Below are positions 13,480 to 26,574 of a DNA stretch of 64,000 nucleotides, one piece after another. A program made the translations under genes and the position numbers. The stretch comes from Okamejei kenojei (Eukaryota), in NCBI GenBank assembly GCA_035221665.1, contig CM069131.1, positions 173,476,001 through 173,540,000 of the forward strand. Reading direction: 5' to 3'. Within the stretch, counting starts at the first letter, position 1. Each line of letters begins with the position of its first letter. Under the pieces are notes generated by a model that did no database searches, was not told where the DNA came from, and saw nothing but the letters and a program-made list of their open reading frames with translations.

Positions 13480-16400
13480 GTCTTCAGATTGGAAACTTGC
13501 AGATTTAACTCCATTAAGGAGGAAAGAAATTATAGACCAGTTAGTCCATCATTTGTTTCGGGAAGGTTATTGGAAATATAATTAAGGGCAGAGTGACAGT
13601 GAGTTTAGTTGATTAGAGAGAGTGAACTGAAGCTGTGGAGGTCAGGTCATATCCAGTGAATCAAATTGAACTCTTGAGGAAGAATTAGCTGAAGTGGTTA
13701 AGGGTGCGATATTGACATCTTTTTTTTTAGACTTCAGAATGCTTTTGATAAGCTTGCATATATCACAATGTTAGCTAAAATTAATGCTCTTAGAATTGAA
13801 ACTAGATTATTGACCTGCTTTGGCATGGAGAAAACAGATAGCAGGGATAATAGGTTTACATTGGAAGCAATTGTCTAGTGGTGGGCTGCAAGAATCAGTG
13901 CTGGTCTCACAGCTATTCAACTTACTTATTAATGATTTGGATAATACAATTGGGAGCCATATATTCAAGTTTGCTGATGAACGAAGATTAGTCATATTCA
14001 AAGTAAGGTAGACAGAAGCATAAAATTGTGAGAAGACACTGATAGATGAAGTGTTGGAGAAACCATGGCAAAACTCAATTAAGTATGAAGTCATCCATTG
14101 TGAACCACAGAGAGACAGATCTCAGTGTGAATTAAAAAGTGAAGATATAGGAAGAGTGGAAGATTGCAGAGATTTAAAGAGACAAAAATTCAGTGGAAAA
14201 TTAATCAAGAGATTAACAGAATGTTTAGGAGCCTGGTGTCTGAAGGGGAGGAAATGTTGCTTCAACTACAACTACATCAAGCTATGATGCAGCTGGACCA
14301 TTTAGAGTTAGTCACTGAGATACACAGAGATATACAGCATGGAAACAAGCCTTTTGGCCCAACTTGCCCACACCGACAAGAAGCCCCATCTACACTAATC
14401 CCACCTGCCCGCATTTGGCCCATATCCCTCTAAATCTTTCCCATCCATGTACCTGTTCAAAGACAAATGTCTTTAAAATGTTGTTATAGTACATGCCTAA
14501 ACTATCTCCTCTGGCAGCTCATTACATACGTCTGTAATAGGGCAACCAGAACTGCGTGCAACACTGTAAAAGCAGCCGAACCGAAGACCTATAAACCTGC
14601 AGCATGACTTCCTGACTCATGCCCCCACCAATGAGGACAAGCATACCATCTACCTTCTTGATCACTCTATCTACTTGTGTTGCCACTTTTTTGGAAGTTA
14701 TAGACTTGGATCCCACGATCCCACTGTACATCAATGTTGTTAAGGGCCTTTCCATTGATTGTATATTTTCCCCTTACAATTTGACTCCCAAAGTGCAACA
14801 CCTCACACTTGATCGGATTAAACTCCATCTGCCATTTCTTTGCCCGTGCAAGGAATGGCAGGAACAGCATCGTTAAGCAGATTACATACATAATGTAGAT
14901 ATGTAGACAATTGGTGCAGGAGTAGGCCATTCGACCCTTCGAGCCAGCACCACCATTCAATGTGATCATGGCTGAACATCCACGATTAGTACCCCGTTCC
15001 TGCCTTCTCTGCAAACCCCTTGATTCTGCTAGCCCTAAGGCCTCTATCTAACTATATTTTGAATGCTTCCAGTGAATTGGCCTCCACTGCCTTCTGAGGC
15101 AGAGAAGTCCACAAATTCACAACTCTCTGTGTGAGAAAGTTTTTTTCCTCTTCTCAGTTCTAAATGGCCTACCCTTTATTCTTAAACTGTGGCCCCTGGT
15201 TCTGGACTCCCCCAACATCAGGAACATGGTTCCTGCATCTAGCGTGTCCAATCCCTTAATAATTTAAAATATTTCTATAAGAACCCTCTCATGCTTCTAA
15301 ATTCCAATGAATACAAGCCCAGTCGCTCCATTCATTCATCATATGACAGTCCGGCCATCCCGGGATTTAACCTTGTGAATCTATGCTGCTCTCACTCAAT
15401 AACAAGCATGCCCTTCATCAAATTAGACCAAAACTCCACACAATACTCCAGGTCTGGTCTCACCAGGGCCCTGTACAACTGCAGAAAGACCTCTTTGCGC
15501 CTCTACCCAACTCCTCGCGTTATGAAGGCCAACATGCCATTAGCTTTCTTCACTACATGTTGTACCTGCATGTTTACTTTTAGTGACTGATGTACAAGGA
15601 CACCCAGGTCTTGTTGTACTTCCTCTTTTCCTAACCTGACACCATGCAGATAATAATCTGCATTCCCGTTCTTGCCACCAAAGTGGATAACCTCACATTT
15701 ATCCATATTGTTGCAAGGTTCTCTGATGTGGATCTGGAAGTCCATTTTGAATTCCAGACAAAGGATGATGGCTTGCTAGATGCCCAAGGCAGGCCTGTGC
15801 AGTTGTTGGTGCCAGCCATATTGAGGGATGGCAGTGATAGGCCTCTTTCAAAAGTCCCCAGCGAAGGAACAATGATAGAACTTTAATAAGGTGATTACGT
15901 CCAACAAGCACAACAAAGGTGGCACGGTGGCGCAGTGGTAGAGCTGCTGCCTTACACATCAGTAACCCGGGTTCGATCCCGACTACAGGCACTGTCTGTA
16001 CGGAGTATTATACGTTCTCCCCATGACCTGTGTCGTTTTTCTCTGGTTTTCTCCCACACTTCAAAGACAGACAGGATTGAAGGCTAATTGGCTTGGTATA
16101 ATTGTAAATTGTCTCTAGTTGGTGTAGGATAGTGTTAGTGTGCTAGTCGGCATGGACTCAGTGGGACTAAGGGCCTGTTTCCATGCTGTATCTCTAAACG
16201 AAACTAAAAAGACAATAAAACTCTATACCTCTTCCCACCCCTGAATGCCTCTCCTTGAAGGTAACCAGATACCTGCCAGTCATTGTCCTGCCCCTCCTCT
16301 CTTCCATCTTTCTTTCCCCGCACCCCCCCATTACAATCAGTCTGAAGAAGGGTCCCGACCCATAACGTCACATATCCATGTTCTTCAGGGATGCTGCCTA

Positions 16401-17500
16401 ACCTGCTGAGTTAGTCCAGCACTTTGTTTCAGGAACGTAGCCATACTGTTGCTCTAAACCACACATTGGATAGAGAATTGGCTTCTTGGAAGGAAGAAGA
16501 GTGTGATGGCAGGAGGTTGTGTTTTGAACTGGTGGCCTGTGACTAATGATGTGCCTTAGGTGCTGTATATTGCAGTTTGTGGTTTATATCAACAATTTGA
16601 ATGAAAATGCAGCAGAAGTTTGCAGATTAGACTAAAGTGGGTGGTATCCTAGATAGCAAAGATGGTTATCAAAAATTACTGCAGGATCTTGATCAGTTGG
16701 GCAAATGAATAATTAATGGCGTTTAATGCAGATGAGTGCAAGGTGTTACATTCTGGGGAGTCAGACCAAGGCAGGACCTTCACAGTGAATGGCAGGGCAC
16801 TGGGAGTGTAGTAGAGCAGAGGAATCTAGGAGTACAGGTACATAGTTCTTTGAAAGTGGTATCACAGGTAGGTAGGATGGTCAAAAAGGCTTTCAGTAAT
16901 TTGGCCATCAGTCAGGGTATAGAATTGGTATAGACACAAAATGCTAGAGTAACTCAGCGGGACAGGCAGCATCTCTGGAGAGAAGGAATGGGTGACATTT
17001 CAGGTGGAGACCCTTCCTCTGATATATGTTACATCAGATGTATGTTGGTGAGACCATATTTGGAGTATTGTGTTCAATTTTAGTCGCCTTACTATATGAA
17101 GGATGTTGTTAAGCTAGGGTGCAGAGAAGATTTAAGATGTTGTTGCCAAGATTTGAAAGCCTGAGTTCTAGGGAGAAGAGGGCAGGCTAACACTTTACTC
17201 CTTGGAGCACAGGACACTGAGGGGTTATCTTATAGAGGTGCATAAGAATGCACTAGAATGCATAAGAGGTGCATAAGAATGCATAAGAGGTGCATGGTAT
17301 GTACATGGAACGATCTGCTGGACGAGGAAGTTGAGGCAGGCACTATAACATTTATAAGACATTTGGACAGGTACATGGATGCAAAGTGTTTAGAGGGATA
17401 TGGGCCAAACACAGGCAGGTGGGACTACAATGGATAGGCCATTCTGGCCGGCATGGGCAAGTTGGGTCAAAGGGCCTTTTTTGGTGCTCCATGACTGCAA
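13480..17500. mobile_element. Cluster of old CR1 LINE fragments in both orientations, with SINE and Penelope-like inserts
   Basis: RT fragments such as FKFADE, WQMEFNPIKCEVLHFG and KCEVIHFGGKN...KKANGMLAFI. Several CR1 3' UTRs. Confidence 0.8.
15918..16210 (+). mobile_element. tRNA-derived V-SINE
   Basis: GGCACGGTGGCGCAGTGG A box, GGTTCGATCCC B box, V-domain, CR1-like tail and CTAAA end. Confidence 0.85.
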
Positions 17501-19830
17501 CTTGCAGTATATAAGATTTGCATACAGCCAACTTTCAGAGTAAAGAATTTGTTATAAAGAATAAACGATCGGCTCCATTTTCCACAATGATGAAAAAAAG
17601 CCCAAGGATCAATCAAGTCTCTGTCCTTTTTACATCGTGTTGTGGAACTCAAAAATGGAAGGTCGTCTGATACAAGAGGGAGCTTTTGGCTGTAGTACTG
17701 AATTAAATGAAGTCAAGTTTGAGATCAAATGCTCTGACCCTGTTGAGAGTTTGGGGTTATTCCTGCAGACATTACAGTTCCTTGAACATGGAGTTGTGTG
17801 TACAGGCAAAGTTTTATATTATGAAGCACACTGTTCACGCTAAAATAATTCTACACATATTGTACCAAAAGTAAAGAGGAAATACTGTTTACATGCACCA
17901 ATGGTGATGGCAACACCTTCAAACAGTAAAACATCCTGATTTGGAATGCTCCTTCATTTTACTTCGGAGTCACGTGAGTGACTACTTGAAGTACCCCGTA
18001 CAGCCGTTGGTGCGTCATTACGTCAAACGCATTGGTGCAGTCGGCCGGTTGGAGCAGCAGAGCTCCTCCAAGCGGTAAGTTTAAAACACAAGGTAAGTTT
18101 TCAAACTTTTCTTGCGTTCATTTTCTGTTTCAGCGGTAGTGGATACACCGTTAAAAATGTTACAGAAAGTGAAGAAGGTGTCGGCGAGGCAATCCGCAGC
18201 AAAAAGGGTTGATGACCAGGAGAGTATTGTTAGCGGAGGCCCGCTTAGCACACCAAGTCCAACGCCAGCAATGGAGCTAGCGACACCGGACCCGCGTAGC
18301 CATGACGGTAGGGCGTAAGGCTACTATAAAATCAAATAGGCTCGTGGACCCAGAGTCGGGCCTGGAGGTTTTATCCTCAAAAGGAGAGACCGTTTGCTCA
18401 CGGCTCTCCCAGGTCGAGGTCTTATTGCAGAAGATGCTCGACAGGGACGAACTCCGTGAGGAGGAATGGTGCCCACGCCAGGCTGGTGGAGAGCCTGTGC
18501 TAGCAGCGCCTATAATAGGGCTGCAAGAATACCCAACCTTTGAGGAGGAGGGTATAACAGTGCAGTTTACTGACGCCGAGTCAGTGGCTGGGGAGAGCCA
18601 CAAGGGAGTGGAACTTGAAATTATCCCGAATAAAGCAGAGAAATTTGCAGTGCCAAGAGAGGCAGGAGAGCCGTTAGGGGATGAATTGGCATCAGCCATC
18701 CAATATATGCTCTCTCACCAGCTGCAAGAATTGGCCATGGATGAGGCGGCTAAAAAGTATGAAGCCCCTATCAATTGCGGTTTACTAAAGGTACCTATGG
18801 TAAACCATTTCATATGGACACAGTTGGGGGTGTCAGCAAGAGCCTAAGAATTAAAATTCCAAAAGGTATTGAAATTACTGTCAGCAGGGCTCACGGCATT
18901 TGCTATTACAGTAGACAAGGGGCATATGTCGGAAGCCCATCAAGGTGCACTGGGACTTCTGTGCTTATTTTGAAATCAACAATATTAGACAAAGTGCTAT
19001 TCGGCCAGTTATTAATCCCAATCTGGCATCTTTGTGTAAACTGCCCAGCGTACAACCGCCCAATCTTTTATTTGGAGGAGATCTCGCCAAGCGAGTTAAA
19101 GAGCTTCATGAGGATGCTAAAACCATGGGCCTCATCAAGCCGGGTGGCAAACAAGGAAAGAAGATTTTTCCTTACTGGCGGGGTACCAGTTCGGACGCCG
19201 GGGAAGGGACCAGCCACTCAGCTTCGCAGTCTCGGAGCTGGCAGCCTGCCACAGGTGTGAGGGGAAGGATGACTTTCCCTACAAAGGGCCGGGGGCAACA
19301 AGGGCAGCCAGGACGTATGCAGGTGAGAAAAATCCCTCTTAAAGAGAATGACTCAAGTGAAATAGATGTTCAAATTGGGGGCAGATTACACTTGTTTCTC
19401 AAACAATGGCAGGAGATAACACCAGATTAATTTATACTCAGCAGTATAGAGGGGATTAAAATTGAATTTTACACTACTGTGTGTCCACCTAATCAGCATG
19501 TTCCAAGTCGGAAACTTATATTTTCAGAAGAAGAGAATGTGCTCATACAAGCAGAACTTAACACATTACACAAAATAGGGGTTATTGAGAAGTCAGTTCG
19601 TCAAAATCGTCATTTTGTATCAAGTATTTTTCCTAGGTCTAAAAAGACTGGGGAATGTAGAATAATTCTGGACCTGACGAGTTTGAACTCCTTTGTTTGC
19701 TATAGGCATTTCAAAATGGAAACTTTTTCTACGGCTAAACATCTGGTTTCCAAAGGGTGTTATATGGCCAGCATTGATTTAAAGGATGCATATTACTCAG
19801 TGTCTATTCATGGTGATGATAGGAGGTATT

Positions 19831-20160
19831 TCCCATTGACAGTAGGGAAGATTCAAACAAGAGGGCATGACATGAGAATTAAGGGACAGAAGTTTAGGGG
19901 TAACGTGAGGGGGAACTTCTTTACTCAGAGGGTGGTGACTGTGTGGAATGAGCTTCCAGCAGAAGTGGTGGAGGCAGGATTGATTTTAACATTTAAAAGT
20001 AAAGTGGATAGGTATATGGACGTGAAGGGAATGGAGGGGTATGGTCTGAGTGCAGGTAGATGGGACTAGGGGAAATCAAATGGTCGGCACGGACTGGAAG
20101 GGCCGAGAGGGCCTGTTTCCGTGCTGTAATTGTTATATGGTTATATGGTTATATGGTTAT
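19831..20160 (+). mobile_element. 5'-truncated CR1 with (ATATGGTT)n tail, inserted in the DIRS RT
   Basis: Nearly identical to the 3' end of the CR1 at 29385-30480. Confidence 0.9.
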
Positions 20161-20909
20161 TTAAAATTTATCTGGATGAGTCAGTTGTGGCAATTCAAAG
20201 CATTGCCTAATGGGTTAACTTCAGCTCCTAGATTATTTACTAAATTGTTAAAATCTGTTCTAGGATTACTCTGACTTCAGGGGCATGTTGTAATGGCCTA
20301 CTTAGATGATATTTTAATTGTTGGGAAGACACGGGCTGTAGCTGAATCATCTGATTCAATTGTTAAACTCACTTTTGAACAATTAGGGCTCGTCATTCAT
20401 CCAGATAAATCCAAATTATCACCAGTTCAAATCATTTATTATTTGGGCTTTACCATTAATTCAAATCACATGTTAGTAACTTTGCCTAGGGACAAATGGC
20501 AGCAGTTAATTGAGGATTGGGTTAATTTCCTTAGTGAACAACGATCTTCAATTAGACAAGTAGCCAGTTTAATTGGTAAATTGGTGGCTGCTTTTCCAGC
20601 TGTACAGTATGGACCTCTGCATTATCAACAATTACAACGAGCAAAAGAACAGGCACTGAGGACACAAGCAGGACATTTTGATAGGCCTTTGCAATTGTCA
20701 GCTGGGGCAATTTCAGACATTCAATGGTGGATCATAAATGTTTCAAAAAGCTCTAGGGAGGTTTTGGTGGAACCACCTTCCATAATATTACAGACGGATT
20801 TCAGAGCGCTGGATTGGGGTGCTACGATGTCTTCGAGTTATGGAGGCAGATGGAATACTGATGAGACGTCGCTTCTTCAATTAAGAGGAATCAATTATTT
20901 AGAGCTGTT

Positions 20910-21342
20910 AAAGAAGGAACTGCAGATGCTGGAGAATCGAGGGTACACAAAAAGCTGGAGAAACTCAGCGGGTGCAGCAGCATCTAAGGAGCGAAGGAGA
21001 TAGGCGACGTTTCGTGTCGAGACCCTTCTTCAGACTGGTCAGGGATCAGGGAAACGAGAGATATAGACGGTGATGTGGAGAGATAAGGAACAATGAGTGA
21101 AAGATATGCAAAAAAGTATCGATGATAAAGGGAACAAGCCATTGTAAGCTGTTTGTGGTGTGAAAATGAGAAGCTGGTGCGACTGGGGTGGGGGAGGGAG
21201 ATAGAGATAGAGGGAATGCCAGGGCCCGAGGGCTGAGGGAGAGGTGGGAAGGGGAGGAGACAGCAAGGGTTAACAGAATTGAGAAAATTCAATGTTCAAG
21301 CCCAAAGGATGCAGACTCCCCAACCGGGAGGTCGGGTTGGTT
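20910..21342 (-). mobile_element. Penelope-like 3' fragment inserted in the DIRS RNase H
   Basis: 16-bp TSD ATTATTTAGAGCTGTT at 20894-20909 and 21343-21358. Encodes the GIY-YIG-type C-terminus RLGSLHPLGLNIEFSQFC*. Hammerhead-like motif at 21006-21033. Confidence 0.85.
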
Positions 21343-22014
21343 ATTATTTAGAGCTGTTGGGAACCTGGTATGGGCTTAAAGCTTTTTGCTCTGCCGGAGT
21401 GACTTGCATTTGCAGGTTCAGATTGACAACACTACAGCAGTGGCATATGTAAACCACATGGGTGGAGTCAAGTCACAGTTTTGTGATAGACTGGCTAATC
21501 AGATCTGGAGCTGGTGCATTAACCAAAATATCTGGCTTTCAGAAATATATTTACCAGGTAGATTCAACACAGTAGCTGACATTAGGTCACACCAGTTCAA
21601 TGATAACATAGAATGGATGTTAAATTAGGACATATTTAATCAAGTGGTTGCTCAGTATGGAATGCCAGATATTGACTTGTTTGCATCTAGACTAAACCAT
21701 CAGTTGCCCAGATATGTTTCATGGGAACCAGATCCTGGTGCAGCAGTGGTGGATGCATTCTCACTGCATTGGGGTGCATTGTTTGTTTATGCATTTCCTC
21801 CATTCTGTCTCATCAGAAGATGCTTGCAAAAGATCAAGCGGGACTCCGTTTCAGGAGTATTGGTAGTGCCAGATTGGCCTACACAACCATGGTTCCCTCT
21901 CGTATTGCAAATGGCTAGTCAGCCTCACATGATTATTCCCAAACATAAAAATCTACTGGTAAATCCAGTAACTGCCGATCAACATCCTTTACATGATCGT
22001 ATTGATCTGTTAAT

Positions 22015-22530
22015 TTGCAGAATTTAAGGTTATACCTGGGGAGAGGACTGTCTGATCGTACCGTGGATGTTCTCACGTCGGCCTGCAGGGATAGTACTCA
22101 GAAGCAGTACATCACCTCGATAAAGAAGTGGGAGGTATTCTGTCCACAGCAGAATATCTCATATCAAACTGCAGGCATCCCAGACGTACTGGAGTTCTTG
22201 TCCACTCTTTATTTTGATCAAAAATTAAGCTATAGTGCGATCAATACAGCTCTGTCTTCTTATTTACCCATGGGTTCAGAGTTACATTCAGTAGGGACAC
22301 ATCCGTTAGTTTCTTGATTTATGAAGGGAGTTTTCAATTCTAATCCTCCTAAACACAGGTATGCTGGTATTTGGAACGTGAGTTAAGTTCTTATGCTTCT
22401 TCGCCAGTGGGCTCCTGTTGCAAGCCTATCTCTAGCCAAACTAACCATGAAGGTGGTCATGCTTATGGCGTTGGTATCAGCCCAACAATCAATGCAGTGT
22501 GAACGCCGGATTTGGGTCTGCGGCATGAAA
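22015..22530 (+). pseudogene. DIRS tyrosine recombinase, truncated
   Basis: STQKQY...WEVFC...VLEFL...SYSAINT...VGTHPLVS.FMKG, followed by KLTMKVVMLMALVSAQ. The rest of the catalytic core is absent before the ICR. Confidence 0.8.
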
Positions 22531-22999
22531 TCACTGAGCTTTGAAATCTTCATGTAGTCACTCACGTGACTCCGAAGTAAAATAGTAAGATTAAACGAGA
22601 ACTTACCAGTTTGATCTTTATTTTATGAGGAGTTACGATGAGGGATTACGTGCCCTCTGCTCCCAACCCTCATAAATCTCATCTGGTAGATCTAGTCTCG
22701 GTTATGTTACTATTATACTTCAGTCATTATTACCTGTGATTTCACTCCGCTGCTTTGAAGATTGACGCACCAACGGCTGTACGGGGTTCTTCACGTAATC
22801 CCTCATCGTAACTCCCCATAAAATAAAGATCAAACTTCTAACTGGTAATCTTACTATTATCATTGGGTCTAATTCTGGAAATCCCCCCCCCCCCCCGCCC
22901 CCACTTACCACCCCATTATGATTGTTAGATTAGCTGAAAGAAAAACAGAAAAGGTTTACCAGGATGCTTTTTTAGTTCAGTTTATTACAGTCACTCTTA

Positions 23000-24075
23000 G
23001 GGTATTGAGTATAGAAATTGGGACAAGGTGTTTGTGAGACCAAATTTGGGATACTGTGTTCACTTTTGGTCACTTGAGGAAGGATATCCTTGTGATGAGG
23101 CAGTGCAGCGTAGGTTCACAAGATTGATTCCTGGGATGGTGGGACTGTCATATGAGGAAAGATTGAAAAGACTAGGCTAGTATTCACTGGAGTTTAGAAA
23201 GATGAGGGGAGATCTTATAGAAACATATAAAATTATAAAAGGACTGGACAAGCTAGATGCAGGAAAAATGTTCCCAATGTTGGGCGAGTCCAGAACCAGA
23301 GGCCACAGTCTTAGAATAAAGGGGAGGCCATTTAAGACTGAGGTGAGAGAAACTTTTTCACCCAGAGAGTTGTGAATTTGTGGATTTCCCTGCCACAGAA
23401 GGCAGTGGAGGCCAAATCACTGGATAGAGTTAGATATACCTCTAGGGGCTAGTGGGGTCAAGGGATATGGGGAGAAGGCAGGCACGGGTTATTGATTGGG
23501 GACGATCACAATGAATGGCGGTGCTGGCTCGATGGGCCAAATAGCCTCCTCCTGCACCTATTTTCTATGTTGCTACAGGAAGGATGTCATTTAGATGAAA
23601 AGAGTTCAAGGATTTACGAGGATGTTGCTAGGACAAGAAACACTGAGTTATAGGAAGAGTTTGGGCATGCTGGAATTTTATTTTTAGTGGTGCAGGAGGC
23701 TGAGGGGTTACCTTTGAGTATAAAATCATGAGGGAAATAGACGGGGTGAATTTTATTCCCTTACCCTGAGTCTTTTACCAGGGTAGGAGAATGAAAAGCC
23801 AGAGGACACAGGTTTAACGTGAGAGGTACAAGATTTAATAGGAACCTGAGGGGCAACTTTTCCACTCAGAGAGTAGTAAGTATAGGGAACGAGTTATCAG
23901 AGGAGGTAGTTGAGGCAGACACTATAACATTTGAAACAAACACTTGGGCAGGTACATGGATAGGAAGTGTCTTGAGGGATATAGGCCAAATACAGACAAA
24001 TGGGACGAGCTTAGAGTGGCAATTTGGTTGGAATGGATAAATGGACCGAGGGGCATGTTTCCAAGTGTATGATCT
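23000..24075 (+). mobile_element. Two nested or adjacent CR1 3' fragments
   Basis: ORF2 C-terminal motifs (LYSLEFR..RGDLIETYKI, TRGH..., FFTQRVV) and 3' UTR tails. Confidence 0.85.
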
Positions 24076-24729
24076 AAGTATGCAATTTATTACTGTTTAA
24101 ATGATCATTCATTTTCAAAAGAATCTTATCTTAAAATCTGAGCAGTGGTTAAGGTGACACAAAGAGCCGAGGTTTAGGATCATGCGGAGCAGAAAACACT
24201 CGTTGTGATGTCAGGGTCAATGCAGGGGTGAGAAGTTTAGCATCTGGACCAGGTCTTACATTTCACATTTGACAGAAGGATCAAATGTTTAATCCACTTT
24301 ACCCTATGTTATCCACTTTGATCTTGTTACATGCATAAGAATGAGTTCTAGATGCTAATCCTTCAGAACAAATGTGTTAAGCATGGTGATTAAAATCAGA
24401 TCTAGTCTACGAGGAAAGCATTTTATTCAGTCAATAAGTCAACAGAAACATTCACTACACACCCCAGTTGCTATATTCTCTTAAATTACATTTAGCAATA
24501 GGTGCAGATAAAATTGACAAGATATTCATACATATAATTTAAATAATTAGTAATAAATGTGTATATTAAAAAATGTGTTAATCATGAGCTAGTATGTACA
24601 AATCAGTAAAAATATTAGTTAGGAATATTAATAATTAATCCAATTACTTGAGTACATTTTTCAAACATTATTCTGATCATATTATTTAAATTAGTGTGAC
24701 ATTGGAGAGTATGAGAATTAAATATAGCT

Positions 24730-25145
24730 TTTGCTAACCGGGCATTTTCATTGGCTCATTGGGGAAAAAAAAACGGAAGCACGAGTTTTCAGAACCAAGG
24801 ATAACCGACTGGTAATGTTAAATGCCCACCAAACTTAACGGTCTTGCATCTCTGGCTTATTAAATGTTGTCTGGCTTCTTAAATGTGTCTCCACCACTTC
24901 TCCCCCCTTATCCCCTCCCCCCTCTTTTAAAGGACTTACCGTACACTGTGCTAGCCGTCTTAACATTTCTGTTCATTGCGGTGTGTGTCTATATCACCTT
25001 AGCTTTGCACCATGTGAATTTCAGACAGCGCTCCCCCGCTTTCCCTGGCAGTCGCTGTTCCAGTACCCTGTTTTTCAGGCAACTGCCGGGAATTTGAGAG
25101 TCGCCAGCTGTCCGCTGAAAAATCGCCTAAGTGGGACAGGCCCTT
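24730..25145. mobile_element. Probable non-autonomous DNA transposon fragment (PIF/Harbinger-like end)
   Basis: CpG-richer segment ending in AAGTGGGACAGGCCC|TTAA, which resembles a Harbinger-type terminus. I did not find a matching left TIR. Confidence 0.4.
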
Positions 25146-26574
25146 AAAACTGGTGCAATTTATGGGGGTAGAAAAAGCTGGTTGATTACTTGCAGCTTAC
25201 CAACTAAGCCAGGACTGTGACTGCTAATCTTTCCAAAATGAATACATCTCAATAGGATTCCCACCTCTTGGTTTAGGTTGGCATTTAATGTCAATGAGAG
25301 GTTCAGCACTTTTTGGAAAATATATGTTAAGAAAGGTTACAGCATAGTGTAGCAATTTGAGTCATCAAATTCCTGGCGCTGCTGTTTATTTCCAGGTCAC
25401 ACCCCCACTCGTCAAATCTCAAACACATTTATTACTCCTCTTGGAATAAAAAAACTACACATCTTGCAACAAATCATCCTAATACAGTAGTTCTGACCAC
25501 CTGCTGGAAATTGTTCTTGCTTCAGTTCTTCATGAATAACTTAAATTTATGCCCTCACAACTTTTTTCTTTCCTAAGGAACCTTTTCAGGTCAACCCCAA
25601 ATGCCTGCAAGTCTAATAAAGTAAAGCCATCATTTTGCAAAACCCATTTCATAACCACAAGACTTCTCCATCCCTAATGACATTTTAATGAATCCGCACA
25701 ATTTTCCTGTTGTTTTGATATTTTATGTGAATTCTTACATACAAGATGCAAACTGTTCTTTGCACTTATGAAGACTTGTACAAGCTTTGAATATTTTTTT
25801 CCTGTGAAAGACTTCAACATCTTCTTATAGGCAGTTTGCTTTATCCTCTTTCAACAATGTTTTGATAAGATTCTTTCTATTTGTATAATTTAATTTGTAT
25901 AATTATAGCTTGTTGCTTTATTAAATTTAACTGGACCTACCATCATTTTGCCCATCCTGCAATGTTTTCTTGCTGTCGCTAGCATTATCAATGCCTTCGT
26001 TTTCAGTAATTTGGTACCGGCTGGAGCACATATTTGGATAAAGTACATTCCATGCAGTGGGAAAGACTTAAAATTGGGAGCACTGAAGTGGCAAAGTAAC
26101 TCTAACTATTCTTTTAATTCCAAACTCCATATTATGTAAACATGACATAATGCCCCCTAAAATACTCCTTATGAATGAAGCATCATTCACAGCTTTTTTG
26201 TTCAGTAAGGTCCATATTTGCTAGCATATTCTGTTTTGGTGGCAAGGTTCCACTTGATCTCCATATCTTTGGCATCATTCAAAAACTCACAATCTATTAA
26301 AAACCATATTGATTGTTCTTATTTTTTGCAACATCCTAATGTAAGGTAAAGCCATTAAAGTTGATTAAGAATAGTCTGAGGGTCACCAATGAGGTGGATA
26401 GTAGTTCAGGACTGCTCTCTGGTTGTGGTAGGATGATTCAGTTGCCTGATAACATTTGGGAAGAAACTGAAGGGACTCTACCCAAAACATCACCTTTTCT
26501 CCACAGATGCTGTCTGACCCGCTTAGCTACTCCACCTTTTTGTGTCTATCCTAATCTCCTCTCCAGTCTTTAAT

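Larger units (their letters stand above)
19479..22027 (+). pseudogene. DIRS RT / RNase H / methyltransferase-like ORF, disrupted by stops and two insertions
   Basis: Colinear fragments in ORFs 19479, 20050, 20293, 21386 and 21644. The reading resumes after removing the CR1 and Penelope inserts (RRY|LKFIW and INYLELL). Confidence 0.88.
17956..22858 (+). mobile_element. DIRS1-type tyrosine-recombinase retrotransposon (defective, termini intact)
   Basis: Gag-like ORFs 18157-19300. RT motifs IILDL..LN, ASIDLKDAYY, LPNGLTSAPRLFTK, YLDD. RNase H QIDNTTAVAYVNHMGG. MT domain DLFAS/YAFPPF. YR N-terminus. Inverted terminal segments 17987-18017 and 22763-22793. ICR at 22548-22652. Confidence 0.93.

Noticed and set aside
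15711-15886. Short open frame ARFSDVDLEVHFEFQTKDDG... after a CR1 end
   Set aside because: No recognisable homology or clear splice sites. It lies among decayed repeats.
15918-15995. tRNA-like sequences with A and B boxes (also at about 10461, 26800 and 50420)
   Set aside because: They continue into a V-domain and LINE-like tail and lack an intact cloverleaf. They are SINE heads, not tRNA genes.
17233-17296. Short TGCATAAGA tandem repeats
   Set aside because: Local slippage duplication within a decayed CR1, with no sign of function.
21644-22530. Methyltransferase plus integrase as a phage or bacterial insertion or contamination
   Set aside because: Both are standard DIRS domains within the element's termini, colinear with RT and RNase H.
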